DNA from: an uncultured Candidatus Scalindua sp.
GTDB lineage: Bacteria > Planctomycetota > Brocadiia > Brocadiales > Scalinduaceae
NCBI GenBank assembly: GCA_964584595.1
Contig: CAZPAM010000006.1
Coordinates: forward strand, 814-64,813
Direction: 5' to 3'
DNA: 64,000 bases
Positions 50,354-60,072 of the stretch are shown in pieces. The notes beneath the pieces were generated by a model, which did no database searches, was not told the DNA's origin, and saw only the letters and a list, made by a program, of their open reading frames with translations. The translations under genes were made by a program, and so were the position numbers. Position 1 is the first letter of the stretch. Each line of letters opens with the position of its first letter.

Positions 50354-52024
50354 ATGTCAAATAAACATATATTGATTGTTGAAGATGATATTTCTGTCGC
50401 AAGGGACTTGCAGATGAATTTGGAGAGATTGGGGTATGTCGTAACAGCAACAATTTCTTCCGGAGAACAAGCTATCCAGAAGATAAAAGATGAAGGCCCT
50501 CCTGATTTAGTTCTGATAGATATTTCGCTACAAGGTAAAGTAGATGGAATTGAAACAGCCAGAACAATAAATTCCAGATTTGAAGTTCCTGTAATATACC
50601 TTGCCTCTAATGAAGAAAAATCGTTTTTTGAAAAAGCAAAATCAACAAATCCTTATGGATACTTAACGGAACTATTCAAAATAGATGAATTGCAAAAAGT
50701 TATTGAACTCGCACTCTACAGGCATAGATTGGATAAGGACAGACGAATGCTTGTTACAGAGTTAAAGAATGAGATAGTTGAACGGAATCGTATCGAGGAA
50801 GAATTAGAAACACACGTTCGTCAACAGAGAGCTATTACCTTCCTTGGGCATAAGGCCCTGATAAACCATGACCTGACTGACCTGATGAATGAAGTGGTAA
50901 GAAAAGTTTCAGAAACATTGAACAATGAATACTGCAAGGTACTTGAACTACTGCCTGATGGTAAAGAAATGCTGCTGCGAGCCGGTGTGGGCTGGAAGGA
51001 AGGCCTGGTGGGAAACGCCACTGTCCATACTGGATCAGATTCACAGGACAGTTACGCTTTGAATTCTAATAAACCTGTAATCGTGGAGGACTTGAAGGCT
51101 GATACGCGATTTTCAGGCCCTCCGCTTTTACACGAACATAATGTAGTCAGTGGAATGAGCATTACCATTCAAGGCCCTGATGGTCCCTGGGGAGTGTTGG
51201 GTACACATACAACCAGACATGTAACGTTTACTAAAGACGATATCAATTTCCTCCATTCCGTGGCAAATATCATTGCCAATGCGATAGTCCGTAAGAGATC
51301 AGAAGAACAATTGGTTGAAAAGGCAACGGAAGTAGAGAACGCGCATAAGGGATTAAAGGACTTTGTTTACACGGTATCACATGATTTAAAGGAGCCTCTG
51401 TTTTCAATTGATGGCTATTTCACCAGGTTATATGAGAACAACAAGGATGCATACGATGGAAAGGACAAGCGTTACTCAGACAGAATAAAAGCAAACATAA
51501 AGCTGATGTCAGACAGAATTCATGAGATTTTAGAAGTTTCAAAGATTGGGTTGGTGGCTTACAACTTTACAGATAATGCCAGTGAAGATATTGTTAAGAA
51601 TACAATAAAAACGCTGGAAGATAAAATAGAGTCAAACAATATTAATGTCTTAATTAATCACGACCTGCCAAACGTTTCGTGTGACGACAAAAGAATGAGA
51701 GATGTATTTTTCAATTTAGTTACTAACGCAATTAAATTTATGGGTGACGACAAACAGAGACAGATCACGATTGGATGTAACAAAGAAGGAGATTGTCATA
51801 AATTCTTCGTAGAGGATACTGGTATTGGAATACGAAAAGAATGCCAGGATAATGTGTTCAAGATATTCTGCAGGCTTAAGGATGTAGAAGTAGAGGGAAC
51901 CGGAGTTGGGTTGGTAATAGTCAAAAAAATTATTGAGGTTCACAGAGGGAAGGTATGGGTAGAAAGCCCCATCGCCAGAGGAAAAGGTTCACGGTTTTGC
52001 TTTACGATGCCTATATCCAGGTAA
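50354..52024 (+). CDS. Cytoplasmic histidine kinase (receiver-GAF-HisKA-HATPase)
   Basis: ILIVEDD receiver, GAF (LLRAGVGW, GVLGTHT), SHDLKEPL, DTGIGI, GTGVGL. Confidence 0.92.
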   Translation: MSNKHILIVEDDISVARDLQMNLERLGYVVTATISSGEQAIQKIKDEGPPDLVLIDISLQGKVDGIETARTINSRFEVPVIYLASNEEKSFFEKAKSTNPYGYLTELFKIDELQKVIELALYRHRLDKDRRMLVTELKNEIVERNRIEEELETHVRQQRAITFLGHKALINHDLTDLMNEVVRKVSETLNNEYCKVLELLPDGKEMLLRAGVGWKEGLVGNATVHTGSDSQDSYALNSNKPVIVEDLKADTRFSGPPLLHEHNVVSGMSITIQGPDGPWGVLGTHTTRHVTFTKDDINFLHSVANIIANAIVRKRSEEQLVEKATEVENAHKGLKDFVYTVSHDLKEPLFSIDGYFTRLYENNKDAYDGKDKRYSDRIKANIKLMSDRIHEILEVSKIGLVAYNFTDNASEDIVKNTIKTLEDKIESNNINVLINHDLPNVSCDDKRMRDVFFNLVTNAIKFMGDDKQRQITIGCNKEGDCHKFFVEDTGIGIRKECQDNVFKIFCRLKDVEVEGTGVGLVIVKKIIEVHRGKVWVESPIARGKGSRFCFTMPISR

Positions 52025-52029
52025 CACTC

Positions 52030-54330
52030 TCACTTTGATGTCATTACCCAAACGCCATTCCATTCCCCATCAGGAGGATTCTCTTTCATGTGATTGCAGC
52101 GTTCAATATATGTTGTAGAAAGTTTATCGTTCGGATTAAGAGCAAGTGCCTCCTTGAAAGCATCAATAGCTTTATCCCACTTGGCTTCGCGATAATACTT
52201 TATGCCACTCTTAAAACAGCTTACAACTTCCATCACGTTCGGGAATGCCTCGTCCGTATAATAATCCAGGACTTCACATATCCCGACAGGTTTGGTCTTT
52301 CCCTTAACGACTACCAAATCAATTTCACGAATACGATAAGTACCACGCAATTTCTTAAATGTGTTCTCACTAATCAGAATACGTGCACTATACTGTTTAC
52401 ATGCACTTTCAAGTCTGGCAGCCAGATTAACACCGTCGCCGATCATAGTATAATCCATTCGTTTTGGTGAACCAATATTACCTGATACAACCATATCGGT
52501 GTTAAGGCCAATCCCCATATCCACAGGCTTTTTCCCCTCGGCAAGACGCTTCTGGTTCCAGATATTCAGCTCAGAAATCATAGAAATAGCAGCACGAACA
52601 GCACGATCCTCATCGTCATCGTGAGGCAAAGGCATTCCAAAAGCAGCCATTATGGCATCACCAATAAATTTGTCCAACATACCGCCTTCACGTTGAATAC
52701 AGTCTACCATGACGGTAAAGTATTCGTTCAAAAGACTAACTGTACCTTGTGCGCCCAGTTCCTCCGTAATTGTAGTAAAGCTTCTTACATCAGAGAATAG
52801 TACTGTGGCCGTAACGCTTTTACCTCCAAGAATATCCTCACCACCTTCTAAAAGCTGATCAGCAATCCCGGGATCCATATATCGTGACATCGTTGATTTC
52901 ATGCGTTTTTCACTGCTAATATCCTCAATCATGATCATGGATCCAAGCTTTTCACCTTCACTATTTTTTAGTGGCAGGATAGTCAGATTCACCGAAAGCT
53001 TTTCTCCTCCGAATTCCATCTCTGCGTCCATAGAAATATCAGACTCCTGCGTCTTTTCGACACGTTCAATCTTCTCTAAAATCCAGGCATTGCTATCGAC
53101 AAAATACTCTACTGCTTTTTTCTCTATGACATCAATATGTGAAACCTGCATAATTCGTAAAGCAGAAGCATTACACGTGACAATCTTTCCTTCGTCGTCC
53201 AGTGTAACCACTCCGTTAGACATACTCTCCAGCATGCCTTCATTGTAATTTTTTATATTCTGAACGTCATCAAAGAGCTTTGCATTTTCAAGCGCAATAG
53301 AAACCTGTGCAGTAAAGGCCTTCAATCGCGATTCGTCTTCACTTGTGAACGTGCCGCTGTGTTTATTCAAGACCTGTGTCACACCGATAGTTTTGCCATC
53401 CTTGTTTATAATCGGTACACAAAGAATCGAACGGGTAAAGTAACCGGTTTTCTTATCGAAGACAGGGTTGAATCTTAAATCGGCGTATGCATATGGAATA
53501 TTAATTGTTTCTCCGGATGCAAATACGGCCCCCGCAATTCCCACGTGATTGGGAAGGCGAATTTCCCCAATGGAATCACCTTGAGCAATCCTTGAAAAGA
53601 GTTCTTCTTTCTTTTCGTCATTTAAAAAAAGTGTTGATCTCTCTGCATTAAGCATTTTAGTTGCTTCATTCATCACCTTCTGCAGCATCGTACCAAGATC
53701 AATCTCAGATGTCACATCAGAGACTATGTTGAGAAATTCCATCTCCTGTGCTCTGGACCTTTGCATAGATTCTACATATTGAACATTCTGTAAGGTAGTC
53801 GCTGTCTGAGTAGTCATTGCCTCCATGAGGTCCAGGTCCCTTTTATTAAATTTCCCTTTTTTCTTGTTGAGTGACTGGATAACGCCTATGATATTTCCTT
53901 TAACAGTCCTGACAGGTGCACAAAGTATGCTTTTTGTAATAAATCCAGTTTGCTCATCTATTAATTTATTGAACCGCTGATCCTTATAAACATCATGAAT
54001 AATGACACCCTCACCGGATGTATAAACATGACCTGCAATTCCAGATGAATTCAGGATCCTGATTTCGCGTAGATTGTTCCCAAGGGCTATGCGTGAGTAT
54101 AGCTCGCCGGTCTGAGGGTCATTCAAGAAAAGAGTACTGCGTTCTGAATTAGTCTCCAATGCAGTAATATCCATGATAGTTTTGAGGACCTCATCCAATG
54201 TATCCAATTCCGCCATCTGCCTTGAAACATTCAGCAACAATTCCATCTCCTGGAGTTCTTTACGATTATCTGTACCGCCATTCCTCTGCAACGTCTTAGC
54301 TGGAGATTTGGAAGTTTTATTTTTAGCCAT
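52030..54330 (-). CDS. Class III adenylate cyclase (GAF-GAF-PAS-catalytic-TPR)
   Basis: Two GAFs (RSTLFL, LNK..G.F...D), PAS, VLFSDVRSFT, DKFIGDAIM, DYTMIGDGVNLAARLE; K and D residues imply ATP specificity. Confidence 0.93.
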   Translation of the reverse strand: MAKNKTSKSPAKTLQRNGGTDNRKELQEMELLLNVSRQMAELDTLDEVLKTIMDITALETNSERSTLFLNDPQTGELYSRIALGNNLREIRILNSSGIAGHVYTSGEGVIIHDVYKDQRFNKLIDEQTGFITKSILCAPVRTVKGNIIGVIQSLNKKKGKFNKRDLDLMEAMTTQTATTLQNVQYVESMQRSRAQEMEFLNIVSDVTSEIDLGTMLQKVMNEATKMLNAERSTLFLNDEKKEELFSRIAQGDSIGEIRLPNHVGIAGAVFASGETINIPYAYADLRFNPVFDKKTGYFTRSILCVPIINKDGKTIGVTQVLNKHSGTFTSEDESRLKAFTAQVSIALENAKLFDDVQNIKNYNEGMLESMSNGVVTLDDEGKIVTCNASALRIMQVSHIDVIEKKAVEYFVDSNAWILEKIERVEKTQESDISMDAEMEFGGEKLSVNLTILPLKNSEGEKLGSMIMIEDISSEKRMKSTMSRYMDPGIADQLLEGGEDILGGKSVTATVLFSDVRSFTTITEELGAQGTVSLLNEYFTVMVDCIQREGGMLDKFIGDAIMAAFGMPLPHDDDEDRAVRAAISMISELNIWNQKRLAEGKKPVDMGIGLNTDMVVSGNIGSPKRMDYTMIGDGVNLAARLESACKQYSARILISENTFKKLRGTYRIREIDLVVVKGKTKPVGICEVLDYYTDEAFPNVMEVVSCFKSGIKYYREAKWDKAIDAFKEALALNPNDKLSTTYIERCNHMKENPPDGEWNGVWVMTSK

Positions 54331-54356
54331 TTTTTATCCTATCGAGAATTAGTTAG

Positions 54357-55001
54357 CTAACTTTGTTCCATCTGTTTACGAAGTGAAGCTATTGTCCCTT
54401 TTAGTTGATTTATTTCATCATTTGCAGTAACAACAGCATGCTGCACACTCTCTTGCTTGTCAAACCTGGCGTTTTCCAGATCATCTCGAAGCGTAGTGAC
54501 AGACTTCTTGAGTTGGGATATTTCTTCATCTGCAGCCAAGACGGCATGCTGTACACTCTCTTGCTTGTCATACTTGGCGTTTTCAAGATCTTCTCTAAGA
54601 GTAATCACAGACTTTTTGAGTTGAGATATTTCTGCATCTGCAGCCGCAACGGCATGCTGTACACTCTCTTGCTTGTCAAACCTGGCGCTTTCAAGATCCT
54701 CTCTAAGCGTGGTTACAGACATTTTGAGCTGGGATATTTCTTCATCTGCAGCCGCAACGGCATGCTGTACACTCTCTTGCTTGTCAAACCTGGCATTTTC
54801 AAGATCTTCTCTAAGCGTAGTTACTGTCTCTTTGAGTTGTGCAATTTCGTCATTAGCATTCGCAACCGCATGTTGAATACTCTGTTGTTTGTCAGCCTGG
54901 CTATTTTCAAGCTCACTACGTAACGCCTCGATAGTTAATTTAAAATGTTTAATCTCGGCTTGAGTATTGTTTGATTTAACAGAATCTATTTGAACATTCA
55001 T
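54357..55001 (-). CDS. Coiled-coil protein of 36-aa tandem repeats
   Basis: Repeats of ARFDKQESVQHAVAAADEEISQLKxSVTTLREDLEN; ends 26 bp before the cyclase start. Confidence 0.85.
   Translation of the reverse strand: MNVQIDSVKSNNTQAEIKHFKLTIEALRSELENSQADKQQSIQHAVANANDEIAQLKETVTTLREDLENARFDKQESVQHAVAAADEEISQLKMSVTTLREDLESARFDKQESVQHAVAAADAEISQLKKSVITLREDLENAKYDKQESVQHAVLAADEEISQLKKSVTTLRDDLENARFDKQESVQHAVVTANDEINQLKGTIASLRKQMEQS
54380..54950 (-). repeat. Five 108-bp coding tandem repeats
   Basis: ACACTCTC anchor at 54445, 54553, 54661, 54769; degenerate copy at 54877. Confidence 0.9.
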
Positions 55002-55458
55002 TATAATCTACACTTATTATTTTTGTTAAGTTACTAATAGTCATATCGACATATTGATACTTCCAAAATAATATTACCCAGCAGCAACTAAATAATTCCT
55101 TAACTTATTGAGTATTTAACATATTATTGTCAATATATCAAGAGTATATGCAGCACAATTCTATCCTGTAATATAACACGATTTAGGGTGTAATAATGGT
55201 AAAAATGAATTGTAATTGAGTTACAGAATATGCAGGAATGTACAATTTGAGATGAAACGGTCGGAATTGATTTAGTTTAAGAACCACCTGATGTGTTATG
55301 CTCAACAAAAAACTTAATCTCAACAAAACCGGAGGTTAAATTGTAATCGAGCTATTTTAAGCTGTCCGACAAAGCGGACTATTGCAGAATTGCGTAATTT
55401 GGAATTGACTAATTTACGAAAACTATTTTTTTCTTAACAGAGACTTTTTGCATTACTC

Positions 55459-55938
55459 TTAGTTAGCAAACGGATTAATATCACTCTTTTCAATATACTT
55501 TATGCTTTCACTCTTTTTATCATCTTTTTCGAGTTCGCCATAATCAACTGCACCTACCCTGTAATAACCACCGGTGTCACCATGGACTCCCTCATCACGT
55601 TCTTCAGCCTCCTTACATTTGATACAAAGGCTAACGAAAGGAATAGCCATCAGGCGCTGTTTATTTATCTTCCTGCCACAACCTTCGCATACACCATACT
55701 TCCCCTTCTTTATTTGGTTTAAGGCATTATCAATTTCCTCTATTTCTCTTGCTTCACCCTGTGCAATAGACATTACTATTTCATCATCTACAAGGTTAGA
55801 CGCAATGTCTGCCGTATCAGTGAGCCTGCACCCTCCAGAGTCCCTAAACTCCCTTAATCTCAGTTTAACTTCCTTCAGTAAATGGTGCCTTCTTTCCTTA
55901 AGCTGGTTCCTTAATTGATTTATGAGTTTTTTATCCAT
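55459..55938 (-). CDS. dksA: DksA/TraR C4 zinc-finger protein
   Basis: Coiled coil with DxxDxA tip (DTADIA), YGVCEGCG...RL.AIP...LCIKC. Confidence 0.85.
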   Translation of the reverse strand: MDKKLINQLRNQLKERRHHLLKEVKLRLREFRDSGGCRLTDTADIASNLVDDEIVMSIAQGEAREIEEIDNALNQIKKGKYGVCEGCGRKINKQRLMAIPFVSLCIKCKEAEERDEGVHGDTGGYYRVGAVDYGELEKDDKKSESIKYIEKSDINPFAN

Positions 55939-56032
55939 TTTAATATATCCTTTTAAAAATTAAATCTACATTTCCACTCTTGAGTAAGCAGCAGCACATC
56001 TTAGCACTTGCTTATGTAACTACTGGAAATAT

Positions 56033-56048
56033 AGCAAAATATATACCA
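56033..56048 (-). promoter_or_regulatory. Sigma54 promoter upstream of dksA
   Basis: Minus strand TGGTATATATTTTGCT (GG-N10-GC with TTGC). Confidence 0.65.
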
Positions 56049-56446
56049 ACTAAGATATAACAACCATTAAACGGCATTAAAAGTTTCTTAAAATCTAACA
56101 AAAATTTCATAATTACATAAGCCCTTATAGCTCAAGCACTTCAAACTTAACGCATACTCAATATAATCTAACCACTAATACAACCTTTTCGTATTAACTT
56201 AAGCAAAATGAAGGTAAAAACGAAAATATTTCAAGAAATTTTTTCGCTCAAGTGGTAAATAATTAGCTACGCCATTATCTATATCATGGCTACAGCAAAA
56301 ATTAATTTACTGCCGATAAAGAGTAGTTTATAATCAAGATTTGAGACATTATCCCATCAGGTACGAATTAAAATTATCAACAACAACTAACCATCTTTCC
56401 TGATTCCCAAGTAATCAAGTAATAAAGCAGGTAAGGAGAAAAAACC

Positions 56447-57214
56447 ATGACTACCAAGCACGAATGCAGTGACCAGGTGCCGGAAGGAACTAATGAAAAG
56501 TTACCTCGGAGAGAGTTCTTTAAGAAAAGCGGAACTGCTGCTGCATCTGCTGCGGCTCTGGTTGGCTCTTTAACTGCATATAATTCTTATGCCAATAACA
56601 AATCTAAGCCAAAGAAACAACTGGCGATGGTAGTTGATCTGAGGAAATGTTACGGGTGCCATTCATGCTCGATTGCCTGCAAATCAGAGTATAATGACCC
56701 TCTTGGTGTGCGTAGAACCCAGGTAGAGACCACAGAGAAAGGCACATTCCCTGATGTTAAGAGATATTTCCTCCCTCGTTTATGTAACAACTGTGCAAAA
56801 CCGCCCTGTGTCAGTGTGTGCCCAACTAAAGCCGCACACAGGGATGAGGAAAAAGGCCTTGTCAACATGCATGATGAATTGTGCATTGACTGCGATCTTT
56901 GTCTGCCAGCCTGTCCCTATGGTGTCAGATTCTCACATCCTTCAAAAAATGTAGTAAACAAATGTGATTTCTGCATCCACAGGGTTGAGAAAGGAGTAGT
57001 ACCATCCTGTGCAAACACCTGCCCGTCAAATGCCCTGATATTCGGTGACATTAATGATCCGGACAGTGAAGTAAGTAATCTGGTAGCTACTAATAAAGTA
57101 CAGGTATTAAAACCCGAATTAGGCACTGAACCAAACGTGTTTTATATTGCACCGGATGGAGTAGTAATTGAGGAAGAGTTTGAACGGATGAACAATACAG
57201 AGAATCAAGAATAA
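56447..57214 (+). CDS. Tat-exported 4Fe-4S dicluster subunit (TtrB/PsrB/NrfC-like)
   Basis: PRREFFK Tat motif; CYGCHSCSIAC, CNNCAKPPCVSVCP, CIDCDLCLPACPY, CDFC...CANTCP. Confidence 0.92.
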   Translation: MTTKHECSDQVPEGTNEKLPRREFFKKSGTAAASAAALVGSLTAYNSYANNKSKPKKQLAMVVDLRKCYGCHSCSIACKSEYNDPLGVRRTQVETTEKGTFPDVKRYFLPRLCNNCAKPPCVSVCPTKAAHRDEEKGLVNMHDELCIDCDLCLPACPYGVRFSHPSKNVVNKCDFCIHRVEKGVVPSCANTCPSNALIFGDINDPDSEVSNLVATNKVQVLKPELGTEPNVFYIAPDGVVIEEEFERMNNTENQE

Positions 57215-57220
57215 AATTTC

Positions 57221-57380
57221 AACGCAAAGACGCAAAGGATAAAAACTACAAATCTCAAATAGCAAATTACAAATAAATTACAAAACACAATGCCCAAATG
57301 ACCAGAATCAGTTTGTTTGATATTTTGGATTTCTTTATTGGAATTTGTTTGTTATTTGGATCTTGTTATTTGGTGCTTAC
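57221..57380. repeat. Imperfect inverted array of CAAAT/ATTTG heptamer-like repeats
   Basis: CAAATCTCAAATAGCAAATTACAAATAAAT... paired with ...ATTGGAATTTGTTTGTTATTTGGATCTTGTTATTTGG; preceded by AACGCAAAGACGCAAAG. Confidence 0.7.
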
Positions 57381-57426
57381 TCTACTCTAGCTTCTTGCTT
57401 CTAGTCTTAATGACAAATGACTGATT

Positions 57427-59952
57427 ATGTTTAAATTAACCAAAAGAAACTTTATCAAATTAGCCGCTTCATGCGGGACAGTACTTGCCGGTATGGGTGA
57501 ATTTTCTAAAGCCCATGCATTAACCGGTACATTAAAACTGGAAGACGGCGGCAGGGATTTCTCTCCGGATACCGGGAAAGAGCGGCAAGCGCTCCCTTCC
57601 GCCTGCTGGCAATGTGTGGCCAGATGCACGACCCTCAACTATGTAGAAGACGGCAGGCTGGTAAAGATTGAAGGAAATCCGGCTTCGATTCGTAATCGCG
57701 GAAAGATATGTGCCAAAGGCCAGGCAGGGATTAACCAGGCTTACGACCCGGACAGGATTCTCCATCCGATGCTGAGAGTTGGTAAACGAGGTGAAGAGAA
57801 GTGGAAGAGAATTTCCTGGGATGAAGCACTGGATCTTCTGGTTCACGGTGGAGAAATTGCCGGACACAGCGTTAAGGGACTCAAAAACTTACTGGACGAA
57901 GACCAGCCGGAGAAATTCATGTTCCATTATGGAAGGATGAAAGGCTCTGACAGCAAAATAATCAAATCCAATTTTCTTGCAGCATTTGGAACAAAGACTA
58001 TAGGGAATCATACAAATATATGTGAAGGTGCCAAATGGGTAGCTCAGGAACTTATCTGGGGTAAACATTACGATGTAAATGATGTAGAAAATACAAATAT
58101 GATTCTTAATTTTGGCTGCAATTTTCTTGAAGCACATACCTCACATGTACAGATCGCACAGCGAGCAATCAAGGCAATGACAGAACGTGGAGTTAAATTA
58201 TATACCTTTGATGTAAGGCTCTCCAACACCGCCGCTAAATCAACTAAATGGATTCCCATAAAACCGGGGACTGACTTAGCCGTAGCCCTGGCCATGTGTA
58301 ATGTAATAATGAGCAATGGATTATATGATCGTGATTTTATTGAAAACTGGACGACAGTTACAGTTAAACAACTGAAAGCACACCTTAAACAGTATACGCC
58401 CGAGTGGGCAGAGCAGTTAAGTGGTGTCCCTGCTCCCATGATAAAGTCACTCGCAATTGATTTCGCTAATGCGAAGCCGGGAACGTGCATTTCCTACAGA
58501 GGGCCAGCAGCTCACTACAATGGAGTCGAAGCAGAACGCGCATTTAAGATGCTTGATGCCATATGCGGATATATTGACGTTAAAGGCGGAACCTGTCACG
58601 GTGTTGGTGCAAAATGGAAATACCCCAAAGCTAAACCGGATAGGAAACCTAAAAAATTAAACATAATAGACGGCTTTCCCGGTGATGCCGCCTTCCCCAA
58701 CCACCACGTAAGTCATCAGGTTCTGAAAATGATCAAAGACGGCAGTTTTGGAAGACCGGATATTTATATGGTTTATTGCTATCAGCCTGTTTACGTAAAT
58801 GGAGAGTGTGAAGAGAATATCCAGATACTGAAGGATGAGACAATGGTTCCGTTCCTTGTTGCCGTATCTCCTTTTTATGGTGAAACAGAGTCTCTGGCAG
58901 ACTTGATACTTCCCGACGTGACATACCTCGAAAGATGGTCCTGGGACGATATGGTCAGCTACGATATGATTCCCGAGTATTACCTTCGTCAACCTGTAAT
59001 AAAGCCTCTCGGCGAAGCCCGGCAGTTCCAGGATGTTGCTGTTGACCTGTCCAAAAGGTTGGGTCTTAATCTTCCTTTTGATTCTACTGAAGATTTTATC
59101 AAAAAGTCGTGTGAGAAAAGCCATGTAAGTTATGAACACCTGCAAAAACATGGCGTCTGGCATGACCCGAATGAAAAGCCCCATTACCAGCCATACACCA
59201 AAGCGTTAAATATTGATACAGATGATTTTTCCGGTGATGACGTACTCTTTGACAGCAAAACAGGTGTTTACTGGAACTGGAGGAAGTCAAAGGCAAAGAC
59301 CATAGACGAAGCTGCAGCAAAAGGATATACAGACACAAAGAATGCATACAAGGGATATATTGGACAGAAGATAGGCAATAAGGTCTACGCGGGATTTAAG
59401 CCTGACAAGGTAAACAAATCCGGTAAGTTTGAGATTTATTCTGAGTTAATGAAGAAAAAAGGGTTTGACCCCATGCCCACCTGGTTCCCGGTACCGGACT
59501 TTGAGAACAGGAAAGATGACGAATTGATACTTTCATCTTTTAAGGTAAATTTACATACGCACTCACGTACGTCTAATTGTAAGTGGTTATCTGAACTCTC
59601 TCATGATAATTCAGCACTTATAAATCCCAAAACTGCAGAAAAAAAGGGCATTGAGACCGGTGACATGATAATGGTTAAATCAGCTGTCGGCAGGGTCATG
59701 ATAAAGGCCAGAGTTTCCGAAGGTGTTGTACCCGATTTAATTGCTATTTCCTTTCATCTCGGACACTGGCAGTACGGCTGGTTTGCCTCAGGCAATGGAT
59801 CACCATTCGGAACTTATAATGATAGCGATTTAGATTTAAAATGGTGGTCCGAACATGGAGTTAATCCCAACTGGCTTATCCGCAACAGGCCTGACCGCAT
59901 TGCCGGTCAATGGTTAATGAATGATGAACTGGTTACGGTTACAAAAGTTTAG
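57427..59952 (+). CDS. DMSO-reductase-family molybdopterin catalytic subunit (Psr/Ttr/Arr-related)
   Basis: TKRNFIK Tat-like motif; CWQCVARC...CAKG FeS site; HTNICEG Cys ligand; ADLILPD.TYLER; HTHSRT. Confidence 0.92.
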   Translation: MFKLTKRNFIKLAASCGTVLAGMGEFSKAHALTGTLKLEDGGRDFSPDTGKERQALPSACWQCVARCTTLNYVEDGRLVKIEGNPASIRNRGKICAKGQAGINQAYDPDRILHPMLRVGKRGEEKWKRISWDEALDLLVHGGEIAGHSVKGLKNLLDEDQPEKFMFHYGRMKGSDSKIIKSNFLAAFGTKTIGNHTNICEGAKWVAQELIWGKHYDVNDVENTNMILNFGCNFLEAHTSHVQIAQRAIKAMTERGVKLYTFDVRLSNTAAKSTKWIPIKPGTDLAVALAMCNVIMSNGLYDRDFIENWTTVTVKQLKAHLKQYTPEWAEQLSGVPAPMIKSLAIDFANAKPGTCISYRGPAAHYNGVEAERAFKMLDAICGYIDVKGGTCHGVGAKWKYPKAKPDRKPKKLNIIDGFPGDAAFPNHHVSHQVLKMIKDGSFGRPDIYMVYCYQPVYVNGECEENIQILKDETMVPFLVAVSPFYGETESLADLILPDVTYLERWSWDDMVSYDMIPEYYLRQPVIKPLGEARQFQDVAVDLSKRLGLNLPFDSTEDFIKKSCEKSHVSYEHLQKHGVWHDPNEKPHYQPYTKALNIDTDDFSGDDVLFDSKTGVYWNWRKSKAKTIDEAAAKGYTDTKNAYKGYIGQKIGNKVYAGFKPDKVNKSGKFEIYSELMKKKGFDPMPTWFPVPDFENRKDDELILSSFKVNLHTHSRTSNCKWLSELSHDNSALINPKTAEKKGIETGDMIMVKSAVGRVMIKARVSEGVVPDLIAISFHLGHWQYGWFASGNGSPFGTYNDSDLDLKWWSEHGVNPNWLIRNRPDRIAGQWLMNDELVTVTKV

Positions 59953-60062
59953 CCACTAAGGCTCCAAGACACGAAAAAAAAGTAAAATAATATTTTCTGA
60001 AATTAATAAAACTAATCCGCCCTACTCTTGAAGTTCTTTGTGACTTAGTGCCTTTGTGGCTA
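59949..60062. repeat. Inverted pair GCCACTAAGGC...GACAC / GTGAC...GCCTTTGTGGC
   Basis: Arms 59949-59975 and 60036-60062; left arm contains the upstream stop codon. Confidence 0.65.
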
Positions 60063-60072
60063 GAATCATACA

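Noticed and set aside
54405-54923. 172-aa plus-strand repeat ORF
   Set aside because: Antisense shadow of the repeat gene; the minus frame fits the operon and coiled-coil pattern
54380-54950. Possible CRISPR array
   Set aside because: 108-bp in-frame coding repeats with no unique spacers and no cas genes
57427-59952. Selenocysteine recoding in the Mo enzyme
   Set aside because: No in-frame TGA; the ligand position is Cys
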